Shown piece by piece: positions 50,938 through 63,493 of a stretch of 64,000 nt of DNA (its first letter is position 1; each line of letters starts with the position of its first letter). Position numbers and translations under genes: made by a program. Source of the DNA: Octopus vulgaris (Eukaryota); assembly GCA_951406725.2 (NCBI GenBank), contig OX597823.1, forward strand, positions 15,562,001 through 15,626,000. The letters are read 5' to 3'. The notes beneath the pieces were generated by a model that worked only from the letters and a program-made list of their open reading frames with translations, was not told the origin of the DNA and made no database searches.

Positions 50938-52204
50938 TTTAAAGAAATAACAGCAATAGCACACTTTGTAAATGGAATGAATGGTAGATTCATTGACATC
51001 AAGCTCATCGCCCACAGCAACAAAGCTTCCACAGCCATGTATTTTCTTGATCATCTCTACCTTTTCTTGTAGAGAGTACACTTGTCTACCTTCATATTAT
51101 TTCTGTTGACTGGTCTCATGTTGATGGATATGAGTACATAATTCTGTATAAAACAACACACAGCCTCACAACACAGTCATGTAAACACAAGCAATAGTCA
51201 GTGCATTTTGGGGAGCTGAACATTGTGAATGGTTAGTAAAGTGCATTTTCGCTGTACAAACAGAATCTTTGACTGATCACCCATATTATCATAGCTCAAT
51301 TTATGATTCACATAATATGATTCACAATTAACCACACTGTTACCCCAGATCAATGCCAAATGAACCAGTAATGAATGAGGCTACATGTACTACTTTCCAC
51401 ATCATCTATTTGTACATTCTTCTGAGATTATGGAGAACGTTTTTGCCCACTGGCAGACTATGTCTGTTTTCCACCCAGTGCTCGTCATCCATTCACAACA
51501 AACTCCAGCACTGGTGCAGTCACTAGATCCACCTCCTAATTAAATCACCTAGGCAACAAACTATGAACTAGGAGGGGTAAGTTATCGAAACAGTTTAGGA
51601 TACTTTCACCAATGAAGTGCAAATTTGTAAAATTTACAACACTCAAGTGCAAATTTATAAAAGGCTAACAAACTGAATGATTGATGGATAGATATCATTG
51701 TTTTACTGTCTACTTTTCCATGCTTATATGGATCAGAAAGAATTCATTGAGGAAGATTTTCTACAGCTGAAGCCCTTCTTGTCATCAACCTTCACCATTT
51801 TCATGGTAGGTAATTTGACCTAAGATTGTGCTAAGTTGAATGATTAAAGCAGGGACATACTACCTAGGTAGGCAGTACCTACCTTCAATAAAATAGATCA
51901 ATAGCAACATTTTCCTCTCATGATAAAATTTGCACCTAATTCAATAAAATTAAGAAGGTTAGTCTGATTACTATGCATATTTTTGTCTAGATTAGGAAGG
52001 CATAATTTGCCTGGGCTTTTCAACTTCAGTAAGCTATGCATAATACTGCTGCAGTACACATGCTGCATACACTCCTACAACACCATTTTCTTTATGTGGT
52101 AAAAAGGCAGAAATAGACCTGCCTTCAACTAAGTCACACACCTATGTTTCACTTATTTTTTGTGTGTTTTACTACATAAAGGTCGTCAACTGTCTACCCT
52201 GAGT

Positions 52205-52280
52205 AATTGCTGACAGCGCGTGACTGGACTAAAGCTATTAAAATTGCTGACAGCGCGTGACTGGATTAAAGCTATTAAAA
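52205..52280. repeat. 37-bp tandem duplication
   Basis: aattgctgacagcgcgtgactgga(c/t)taaagctatta twice. Confidence 0.9.
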
Positions 52281-52940
52281 AAAAACAAGGATAACATTAT
52301 TAATTAATGTCCATGTTTTATGCTGGCGAGGATTGGGTCATTTGACAGGATCCAATGGGCCCCAAGGACTGTGTCTGTTTGGTATGGTTTCTGTGGTTGG
52401 ATGCCCTACTTAACACCAACCACTTTACAGCATGCACTATGTACAGTTATTGTGTCACCAACACTAGTGTGGTTGTCATGCAGCTTTGTATTGGATTGCC
52501 CATGTTTAGTCCACTGCCAGACAAAGCCCTCAGAATGTTCCCACCACCAAACTACAGTCTGATGTTAAGAGTGTGAATTTGAGCTTGAGATCATTCCAGT
52601 TTGATGAGCCTACTCTGCTACACCGACTTGACAGAGATTGCAGTTATTATACTCAAGAGTAGTTAAGTTGGTTATATCGACCCCAATGTTCAACTGGTAC
52701 TTATTTTATTGACCCCACAAAAGGATGAAAGGCGCAGTTGGCCTCACTGTAACTGGAAATCAGAACATTTTTTTATTATTTGCACAAACAGTGAGAAAAT
52801 TCAAGTAACAACAAAGTAATCATCAGTTCTGAAGACGTGTACATGCATGTGCATTTATGCATGTGTGTATGTGTGCTTGATAATTATTCGAAAACAATTC
52901 ACATCAATTAGTAATATTCTAGTGAGATATATACTAGGTA

Positions 52941-53241
52941 TTTCGTTTTTAGATTTGGTTTGCAAGATTCTTTATATGAGTTTGTGTGTTGAAGCATATC
53001 CTGTTGTGTCTGGGGAGAGTCATTCTCTTTTAGTGCCTTATTATTTAATACACTCACCGGTAAAATTTCCACTTATTTCTTATTTTTATTTTCTAAAATT
53101 TTTGTTGCGTCTTGAAAAGGTTGCAAGATGCAACGAAAATTTTAGGAAAATAAAAATAAGAAATAAGTGGAAATTTTACCGGTGATTGTGTGTTACATAA
53201 TAAGGCACTAAAAGAAAATGACTCTCCCCAGACACAACAGA
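52941..53241. mobile_element. Fold-back (palindromic) insertion with a 12-bp TSD
   Basis: Arms at about 52993-53114 and 53124-53248 with a ~9-nt loop; atatactaggta at 52929-52940 and 53242-53253. Confidence 0.8.
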
Positions 53242-55586
53242 ATATACTAGGTAGTTTGATGAGAAAATCACTTCCAAGTGTTTTGAAATTCTCCAATACA
53301 TTCCCATTGTACATGAAAATAGAAGACATTTGTGACAGTGGAAGAATAGTTAACACAATCCAATATTCTTACATATTAGTGAGTCAAGTAATGCAGCTTC
53401 TTGATAAGTTCTGGACTAGTTGAGAAATACAGCCAAGTTTTAATTTCCACTTGGCACTTATGCTACTAAGAACAATATTAATATTTTTTTTCTCTGTTAT
53501 TCTCCTCTAAATTTCAGGCCTGGTGGTTTCATTCATTTGACTGCAGCTATACTGGGGTACCAACTTCAATAGTTTTAGCCATTTTTATCAACCTATTAAG
53601 AAGCATAAGGAAAAGCTGACTTGGGCATAAAAGGATGTAACTGAAGTGGAACAAAATACCATTCGTTTATGCACAAATTCTTCCCTCTCACAGAAAAACA
53701 TATAATATACATATGATGTTAGGAAGAGCATCCAGCTGTAAAAACCCTGCCAAAACAGACAGAAGTCTGATGCAGGGTCCTGCCTGGCTACCTCCTGTCA
53801 AACCATCCAACCCATACCAGCATGGAAGCCAGATGTTAAATGCTGGTGATGATATAATGATGATATACTGTGCTTTCACCCAGGTTCTGTTGAATAAATT
53901 TCACTTATAAGGCTTTGCTTGACCTGAGGTTATTTTAGAAGACACTTATGAAAGGGTTACACAATGTGATTGAATCCAAAGCCACATGTTGTGAAGAAAA
54001 CTTCTTAACTATATAGCCACACTTGTATTTTCAAAGAAAATTTTTTTTTCCTTTCTGTAAATACAATCATGAGATATGAAATTAGATGCATTCAATTTCT
54101 CTCAAATATTTTAACCTATCAGGCAACATAGAATATCCCACTAAAATGTTTTTCTTGGGTACCATTTCCAGTTTCCTCCCACCTGCCAACCTAACCAGTT
54201 AGGAGTTTGAGCGAAGGAGGAAGCTTCCATGTATGTAGTTGCTGAGTCTATTGGAAATGAATACCAAAATCTCTTAGGAGTTACCTTTTACTGTCTGAGA
54301 AATGGCTGAATATACAGGATAAATGCTTCAGGGATGTAATATGCCAGAACATCTGGAACATCTGATCAATGAAGATTAGACACAGAAAAACATATTTGAT
54401 CTGTGGATTGCAATTAGTGATTTAAGCAATTACACATGTACCTGGAATTTATTTGATTAGTGTTTACTTAGAGCTACACAACAGTAACAACTATTTGAAA
54501 GACAGGTGTAAATTTTGGCTTGAAGACTTCTCAGTTGTCAGAGGCAAATAGATTTAATCTGAAAATTATAAGTAGTTAATAATCTTAATATTTAATAAGA
54601 GTATCTGCTTCAACAGTAATTTCAGCACTTTCCAACTCCCCTCCACCCCATCAAAGTTTAAATCCCATCCTTAATATGATATCAATGTAACTCATTAACA
54701 ATTAACAAACAACAACAACAACAAAAAAAAGAATAAGTTCATTTTAAATTTGATATTAATCACTTGTTTTGAATAATACATAGTTTGAACCAATTTCACA
54801 AATAATTCTCTTTATTTTATCTAAACCTTTTTAACAAAAAAATATATATATAAATAAACACAGCACTAACAATAATATCAAATGTAAAGATCATTTTTAC
54901 TTCTAATACATTATTGATTAATCAAACATCAAGAGAACTGTTTGAAAAGATCTAACATTGCCCAATGTAATCATAGTCTACAGTTACCAAATGTTTTGGC
55001 ACACTTCTCCCATAAGATTAAATGCCATTCAAAGAATTCATAAAACTACAAAACTATTAGCATTGTTAAATCTAGTATTACATGCAGTTTCTTCCTGCAG
55101 AATTTAGTTGGCTTCCTATAGCAAGAATGGAGGACAAACAACACAGCATTATTATTATTTTATAACATTCAAACAATAGTATTTCATTCATTTTTATGTG
55201 TTTGTTTTTTGTTTATTTTTCATTTTTTTTTTTTTGTCATTTATTATGCTCATCAACTGTCATTAACTGCATTATCCTCCAATCACTTTACACTATTTCA
55301 ATAGAACCTATTATAATCAGGCAATGGTTTGCTGCATAAAACAGTCTCTCATCATTCTATTTAACTCTTCATTTTTCAGAGATGAATAAATATTGATAAG
55401 AATTTACATAGCCAGACACTGACAGAGTAGTATAAAGGACATATGATCAAGACTTACAGCAGAGGACTGCCAACCTTTTTGAATGCTGCAATTAACATTT
55501 TAACATTTTCTAAATGTGGTATAATGCAGACAACTACAAAAATAATTTAGCAATGTAATTATGACATTTTGCATACAAACACTTGC

Positions 55587-55620
<34 letters not shown>

Positions 55621-55622
<2 letters not shown>

Positions 55623-55856
55623 TCATCATCATCGTTTAGCGTCCGCTTTCCATGCTAGCATGGGTTGGATGGTTCAACTGGGGTCTGGGAAGCCAGAAGG
55701 CTGCACCAGGCCCAGTTTGATCTGGCAATGTTTCTACGGCTGGATGCCCTTTCCTAACGCCAACCACTCCATGAGTGTAGTGGGTGCTTTTTACGTGCCA
55801 CCGGCACAGGTGCCAGACGAGTCTGGCAAACGGCCACGATCGGATGGTGCTTTTTA

Positions 55857-55861
<5 letters not shown>
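55621..55861 (-). mobile_element. Family A retroposon 3' end between (TA)n tracts
   Basis: (CAT)n tail and body; (TA)n at 55591-55620 and 55862-55946. Confidence 0.88.
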
Positions 55862-55945
<84 letters not shown>

Positions 55946-55949
<4 letters not shown>

Positions 55950-56172
55950 CTTTACTACCACAAGGGGCTAAACATAGAGGGGACAAACAAGGACAGACAA
56001 AGGGATTAAGTCGATAACATCGACCCAGTGCAAAAGTGGTACTTTATTCATCGACCCCGAGAGGATGAAAGGCAAAGTCGACCTCAGCAGAATTTGAACT
56101 CAGAACGTAACGACAGACAAAATGCCGCTAAGCATTTTGCCCGGCATGCTAACGTTTCTGCCAGCTCGCCAC
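55946..56172 (-). mobile_element. SINE family B
   Basis: Reverse complement of family B. Confidence 0.88.
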
Positions 56173-56175
56173 CTA

Positions 56176-56228
<53 letters not shown>

Positions 56229-56235
56229 CATATAT

Positions 56236-56835
56236 CTTTTACTTGTTTCAGTCACTAGACTGCAGTCATGAAGGAGAAACCAACTAGAAGGGTTTCAGTC
56301 AAACAAATCAACCCTAGTATTTACTTTCAAGTTTGGTACTTATTTTATCAGTCACTTTTGCCAAACAACTAAGTTACAGTGATGTAAACAAGCTGACATT
56401 AGTTATCAAGCAGTGGGAGGGACACACACATACACACACACCACTCAGTTTCTTATTTCTTTATTGCCCACAAGGGGCTAAACATAGAGGGGCCAAACAA
56501 GGACAGACAAAGGGATTAAGTCGATTACATCAACCCCAGTGCGTAACTGGTACTTAATTTATCGACTGCGAAAGGATGAAAGGCAAAGTCAACCTCAGTG
56601 GAATTTGAACTCAGAACATAATGACAGACAAAATACCGCTAAGCATTTCGCCCAGCATGCTAACGTTTCTGCCAGCTCACTGCCTTAGTTTCTGTCTACC
56701 AGTTTCACACACAAGGCATTGGTTGGCCCAGGGATTTAGCAGAAGACACTTGCTCAAGGTGCCATGCAGAGGGACCAAACCTGAAACCACACTGTTGCAA
56801 AGCAAGCTTCTTAATTGTGAAGCTATGCTTGTACC
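56236..56835 (-). mobile_element. Old family C SINE interrupted by a family B SINE (about 56452-56683)
   Basis: C tail half at 56236-56450, B copy, then C head half at 56685-56835; agtttct repeated at both junctions. Confidence 0.75.
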
Positions 56836-57377
56836 AAACAAAAGTATATGGGCAGGATATATATATATATCATAATGATACCTGGCACCATACTGTACTC
56901 AAGATGACAAAGGACCAAGATGCCTGGCATCTTGCAGTACTCAAGAAAACTCGTACTCAGTAGAAGTGTTAAGACCAGTCCTTCTGGTGGTGTAAATACT
57001 TACGGCAGTGCCACATAAAAGCACCCAGAACACTCTGTAAAGTGGTTGGTGTTAGGAAGGGCATCAGCTGTAGGAACCATGCCAAATTAGACGAGGGTCT
57101 GGTGCAGCTCCCACCACACACACATATATATGTATATACACACACACACAAAGAGAGAGATATATATACATATATATACACATACATATATATAGAGAGA
57201 TAACGAGAAAGTTTACGAAAATTAACAAAAGACGAAAGCAGGTGGAGTACAAACAAACAAATGTATTAGTATGGCTCTCAGGAATAGAAATAGAAAAAGT
57301 CTTTTACATTTCGAGCCTACGCTCTTCGACAGAAAGATACACAGAAAAACACACACATATATATATATATATATACA

Positions 57378-57618
57378 TCGGTGGCACATACAAAGCACCA
57401 TCCAATCATGGTTGTTGCCAGCCTCCTCTGGCCCAAGTGCCAGTGGCATGTAAAAAAAGTACCCACTACACTCGGAGTGGTTGGCGTTAGGAAGGGCATT
57501 CAGCTGTAGAAATACTGCCAGATCAGACTGGAGCCTGGTGCAGCCTCCTGGCTTCCCACACCCCAGTAAACCGTCCAACCCATGCCAGCATGGAAAAATG
57601 ACATTAAACGATGATGAT
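57378..57618 (+). mobile_element. Family A retroposon 3' end
   Basis: Family A body with gatgatgat tail, followed by a long degenerate (TA/CA)n tract to about 57852. Confidence 0.85.
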
Positions 57619-57990
57619 ACATTTATATATACATATACATACATAAATACACACAAATATTTATACTTATATACACACACACACACATATATATACATAT
57701 TCACACATATATATACATATATATACACATACATATATATAAATATACATATATATAAATATACATATATATACACATACACACACACATACATATATAT
57801 ACACACACATATATATATATACACACACGTGTATAAACACACACATATATATGCACGGAGCATTCATGTGAGGTTTTATTGGTGTTGGCGGCCCATGGGC
57901 CCATTAATATAGTTTAATTAAATATGAATGGGTGTGAGGAGCCCACTTCAACACTGGTACTCTAAAACATGTATGTAATGGCATGTATAA

Positions 57991-58209
57991 CCCTTTAGCA
58001 TTCAGATTATTCTGTCAAATGTAAAGACTATGTATTCACACCATGTAAAATTAATCTTGCATCATTTCATGGCTTTGAGATTTCAATGATGTGATTGTTT
58101 ATTTTTAAAATGACACAATAAGGTAGCTTGAATGACCACATCTGGCCAGTTTGAACATAAAATAGGTAGAATATTTTGGCCAGATATGGCCGGTTTAAAC
58201 ACTAAAGGG
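57991..58209. mobile_element. MITE family M2 (219 bp)
   Basis: ataa-ccctttagc ... ctaaaggg-ttaa. Confidence 0.8.
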
Positions 58210-58849
58210 TTAAATATATACAAATGTAAAAAGTTGAATGAAACAACATAATTTATTCCATTCATAAATCAAGCTATGTACTAGTAATAATTTAATCTCC
58301 AAAAGGGTAATGGATGTGAGGGGGGAGGGGTCAAGGCAAATGAGGAGAGGGAATCCACAAGGGCAAATGAAGAGGAGGGATTCATATTGAATCAAGTTAG
58401 AGAAAACTGGCATAAAAAGCAACGTTAGGAAAGAAATGAGATACCTCAATTATGAAGACAGGCCCAAAGACCAGAAATATTCTGACTACCAACAGCAAGT
58501 GTCTTCTCTCATCTGTGTTCTCTAGCCTACAAGCTGGTACTGATCACAGGCCTATTCACTTGAACCAGGCTCTCTACTCTCATTCAACTTTCAGCAAATT
58601 CCCTGAAGAGCAACACCATCCTCACCAAGTGGAATTTGCTGCAGTTGATGAGTGCTTGACCAAAAAGAGAAATATTTCAGTTTGGCCCTTTCAATCTTGT
58701 CCACCATACAATCTTTTTCACCATAGCCACCAGATGGAGAAAAACTGCCTTCTCTTCTCAATCAAAAATCAGTGGGTAGGATATCAAATACAGTAGACTC
58801 TGATCTGCTTTGTAGATGTCAACAGCAGTTCAACATAACTGCATACATA

Positions 58850-60620
58850 GATCAGTAATACTCAGTCACTAAACAATGTCTTCACTTAGTACATACCTTC
58901 GACAGATATGGATGATAGTACAACCATGCCTGTAGAGTTTATCTCAAACCAGCAATTTCTAGTGATAGTATCTAACCAAAAAGCTATTTGGTTTTTCATA
59001 GTACATGATCATAATCTGTAGTTATTGATTGCAATGCAAACTGTCTAGATAACCATTTGACTTTACTAAGTGGTCTGAAAGTAACAGAATCATTCTCAGA
59101 GACTTCTGCAATTTCAGTCTTGTAACTATAGCTTGAGAAAACAATATAAATTGTGCTACCAAAGTTTCAGTGTCTCTCATAATTTGATGTTTCCCAAATC
59201 AGATATCAGAAAGCAGAACCAAAATCGAAGTCGATCAACATCAATGGAAATTGCAGCTGTGATACCAGTGCCGGTGACAAGTAAGTGAACCATCCGATCG
59301 TGGCCGTTGCCAGCGCCGCCCCGGCTGGCCTCCATGCCGGTGGCACGTAAAAAGTACCATCCGTTCGTGGCTGTTGCCAACCTCGCCTGGACCTGGCACA
59401 TAAAAAGCACCATCCGTCAGTGGCCGTTTGCCAGCTCCGTCTGGCACCTGTGCGGGTGGCATGTAAAAAGCACCCACTACACTCACGGAGTGGTTGGCGT
59501 TAGGAAGGGCATCCAGCCGTAGAAACACTGCCAGATCAGACTGGGCCTGATGCAGCCTTCTGGCTTCACAGACCCCAGTTGAACCATCCAACCCATGCTA
59601 GCATGGAAAACGGACGCTAAATGATGATGATGATGTCTCACAAATCCTCAGATCCTCCAAGTGTGTTATACAGTGTTGCTGAAATAAGTATGAAATAGGT
59701 GTCAATCCTGTTGCAACACCATTAACTAGGTCCAACATTATTGGTTTCATTAGACACAAACTTCACCTTTTTTATGAAGTAGAAGTTTTTTTCTTTTCAT
59801 AAAATTACTTGATCAGTGAAACAAATAGAAAGCAGTGATAAACATCTGCAACTGAACAATTCTGCCACAAAACATTTTTTACACAAAACAAGGTTTAGAT
59901 CTGAATTTGAAGTACAAAAGGTTTCATCAGTTATTAACATGTAAAATCTACTGATGCACTTCTCTCTTTCCCTCTTATTTTTATTTTTTTTTAATTTTTG
60001 GAAACATTCTTTTCTGAACAGTAAAGTCTCCAAAAATTCAAATGTGCAACTTTCACTTCACAGGCTATCTGGGAGTTAAACACAGTTTGCCATATGTTCA
60101 TTAATGTATTGAACTGAAAATAGAGCTGTTTTAGCACTATCAAAACACTGTCAATAAGAACTTTGATCACCTCTAGGTTTGTTTTTACTTTCACTCATCT
60201 GCACACTAATAAAACACATGGTACTCTTATACCAGATAACGATGATATCTGTTGCTCATAATTTTGTACAGAATCCAAATGCAATTTACTTGCCAAATAA
60301 CTCTTCAAAAAGTCTAGTTTCCAAACATCAAAACCACTTCTTTACATTTGCAAATTCTCCACCGACTTTTACATCATGGCAATACAAACAAATAACTCCA
60401 GTTTCCCAATCACATAAATATTTCTCAAAGACAAACATTCATGATCTCATGAGTTTTCAAAGGAGCAGTTTCAACTATTTTGTTTAAACTACTCAGCTTT
60501 AAACGAATTTCAATTCTACTGCATTTCAAGCCCTTCATTTCTTTTGAAGTTGACAGAGAGAGTCAATATTTTTTGCAATAAAAACTCAGTGAGCTATCAA
60601 CAGAATTAGAAACAGAACTT
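58850..60620 (-). pseudogene. Decayed hAT transposase (ZNF862/KIAA1586-like), interrupted by a family A insertion
   Basis: Collinear minus-strand motifs: GVICLYCH...WKLDFLKSYLASKLH (~60390-60280), FYMLITDET (~59945-59920, DEST-like), MLDLVNGVA...QHCITHLEDL (~59740-59650, CxxH), FRPLSKVKWLSR (~59080-59044, RW motif). Many stops and frameshifts; ends uncertain. Confidence 0.7.
59205..59634 (+). mobile_element. Family A retroposon, longest copy in the window
   Basis: Extends 5' into aaaatcgaagtcgatcaacatcaatggaaattgcagctgtgatacc; no tRNA head seen; (GAT)n tail. Confidence 0.88.
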
Positions 60621-62054
60621 CATAAATTTTACATGAACACTGTCTACCAAACAGGGCAATAGCTACGTTGCTGCTATACAAACCAGGATGGGAGATGTGA
60701 GGTGAAGTAGATTAATACACAATGTGGTATTTGAAAACTGACGACCAAGTTAACAGAGGCAGTTAGCCATAATTATTTTCACTAAGTATAATTATTAATT
60801 ACATTATTTTAGGCAACTAACCTTTTGTGTACACAATTTTTGTGCACTGCATGTGCACACATGTACAGCTGAGACACAACAGTGTTGGCCATCCTGTTTG
60901 TAACCTCAGCTCAGTTCCTATCCACTTGGATGACTAGCTCAAACCAGACCCTAAGTACATTAACAGAACTGTTACCTCGAAACACTGACTCACATGAAAT
61001 AATGTTTCCCACAGATGTACAAGAGCTGCAATGTTTGAAGAGAGGAGGCTAGTTGATTGCATCAACCTCAGTACTCGACTGGTTATTTATCTAATCAAGC
61101 TGAAAAAGATGAAAGGCAAAGGGTTTTGAACTCAGGATGTAAAGTTCCCTAATTGATACTGCAAAGCATTTTGTTGGACGCTCTAACAATACTGCCAATC
61201 TACCACCCTTAGAATGTGGGTTTAAAAAATAATGTTCAGCTACGATAAAACTGAAAGTGTTCCAAAGCAGAATATGTCTAACTTTTGAAGAAAGGATAAT
61301 ACCAAAACAACACTGGTTTTAAGGGATACCAAAATAGGTTTAATCCATTCAACAGAGAACAGTTCAATATAGTTTTAACTATGACAAGTCCTCAAATGAA
61401 AAATTATTTTCCTTATCAAAGTTGAATGGAAAGATAGAAAAGTAAATTGAGAGAGCATGTAGGAAAAACAAGACTAAATGTCATATAGTGTTCGGTTTCA
61501 TTACTCTAATATTCTCTCCAAACTTAACCAGAATCAAATTAGCATTCTGTTCCCATGGGGGATGGATCAATTAATTCCATAGCATCCCTTGAAAATTTGG
61601 CTTTGTTCCTAGTCAAAACAAAGTAAAGATAAACAAAAGACAAAAAAACTACACATAAAGACGCATGTGGCAGAGGTGAGAGAGGGAGAAAGAAGCATGG
61701 TGTGTGTGTGTGCGTGTAAGCTTACTTTGTAACCATGTGCTTTCAGGTTCAGTCTCACTGTGCAGCACCTAGGGCCAGTGTGAGCTACTATACCTCCATG
61801 CTGACCTATACCTTGAGTGTGAATTTTCAAAATGGAAACTATGACGAAGCCCATCATATATGTATGTGTGCGTTAGTGCCCACTACTTTGACAACTGGTG
61901 TTGGTTTATGTACCTGTAACTCAGTAGTTTGGCAAAATAGACAAATAGAATAAATATCAGACTTATAAATAAGTACTGGGGCCAATTTGTTTGACTAAAT
62001 CCTTTGAGATAGTGCCCCAGGATGGATGTAATCCAATGACTGAAATAAGTAAAA

Positions 62055-62089
<35 letters not shown>

Positions 62090-62090
<1 letters not shown>

Positions 62091-62473
62091 CGGTAGGAGT
62101 GGCTGTGTGGTAAGTAGCTTGTTTACCAACCACATGGTTCCGGGTTCAGTCCCACTGCATGGCACCTTGGGCAAGTATCTTCTGCTATAGCCTCGGGCCG
62201 TGGATTTGATAGATGGAAACTGAAAGAAGCCCATCGTATATATGTATATGTGTGTGTGTATATGTTTGTGTGTCTGTGCTTGTTCCCCCATCATCACTTG
62301 ACTACCGATGCTGGTGTGTTTACCTCCCCGTAACTTAGCGGTTCGGTAAAAAGACCGATAGAATAAGTACTAGGCTTACAAAGAATAAGTCCTGGGGTCG
62401 ATTTGCTCGACTAAAGGCGGTGCCCCAGCATGGCCACAGTCAAATGACTGAAACGAGTAAAAGAGTAAGAGTA
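62090..62473 (+). mobile_element. SINE family C
   Basis: Family C with a small internal deletion; lies directly after an older diverged C copy (about 61735-62056). Confidence 0.9.
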
Positions 62474-63105
62474 TATATATACACATACACAAACTCTGAT
62501 AAGGCTTGAACACAAAATGTAGAGGGGAAACAATGCTGTAAAGTGTATATACCAGTGCCTCAATGTTCCACCTGTTTAATCACTGCTCTACATCAGCAAT
62601 AATAATTAACTAGTTTTCACATAGATCAAAACATATGCTTCCTTATACACACATTTGCAAGTGTAGGCTTACATATTTCAAAACAAAACAAAAAACAGCG
62701 TGTATGAAGCAATGCAAGTAATCAGAGGGAGGTAAAAAAAAATCAATTAAACAACACCTGCAGTGGAATATTACTCAATGTAATGTTATTTAGTTCAGAA
62801 ATCCAGCTATGAGATCATATCCTCTAGTTTGTAATAATAAAAAAGGACAAGAGAAATGTATTGTATAGTCTAACATGTTAGTCATATCTAAAAGTGAAGA
62901 TGAGGATGTTGGTGGTATCTGTGTTTCCTGTGAGGGAGCCATTATGACCTTAAAATCAAAGTTACAAACTAGCATACGTTAACACCAGTGCTTTGATATT
63001 TTATACATTTAGAATTATTTAAACTCTTCAAACTAGTATAAGTCAGTTCCATTCAACTCCTATCTATCCATTTTAGGGCTCCTACAAGCCACACATGTAT
63101 CTTAA

Positions 63106-63252
63106 CCCTTTAGCATTTAAACCAGCCAAATCCAGTCGAAAACATTTTACCTGTTTTATTTTCAAACTGGCCAGATTCGGCTTTTCACGCTTAGCCTACA
63201 ATATTATTCTCGAAATAAACAATTACATCCCTGAAATCTCAATATTAAAGGG
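63106..63252. mobile_element. MITE family M2, internally deleted
   Basis: ttaa-ccctttagcatttaaacc ... taaagggtta. Confidence 0.75.
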
Positions 63253-63272
63253 TTACACTAAAAATCTTTTAA

Positions 63273-63493
63273 CCCTTTCGTTACTTTATTTATTTTGAGA
63301 TGATCTGTGTTTCTTTCAATTACGTTAAATATAACAAATAACTTAGTAAAATAACTTCGTTATCATTAAGCTAGTGTTAGGAACATAAATTGGGACTAAG
63401 GTTTGGTGAAAGCTTTTAATTCAAAACTTATAAAAACAAGACCTTTGTACTACAGAGCCAGAGCCGGTTTCAGCTGGGTTGGTAATGAAAGGG
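63273..63493. mobile_element. MITE family M1 (221 bp)
   Basis: TTAA-ccctttcgttac ... gtaatgaaaggg-TTAA; reverse complement of 8049-8269. Confidence 0.9.
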
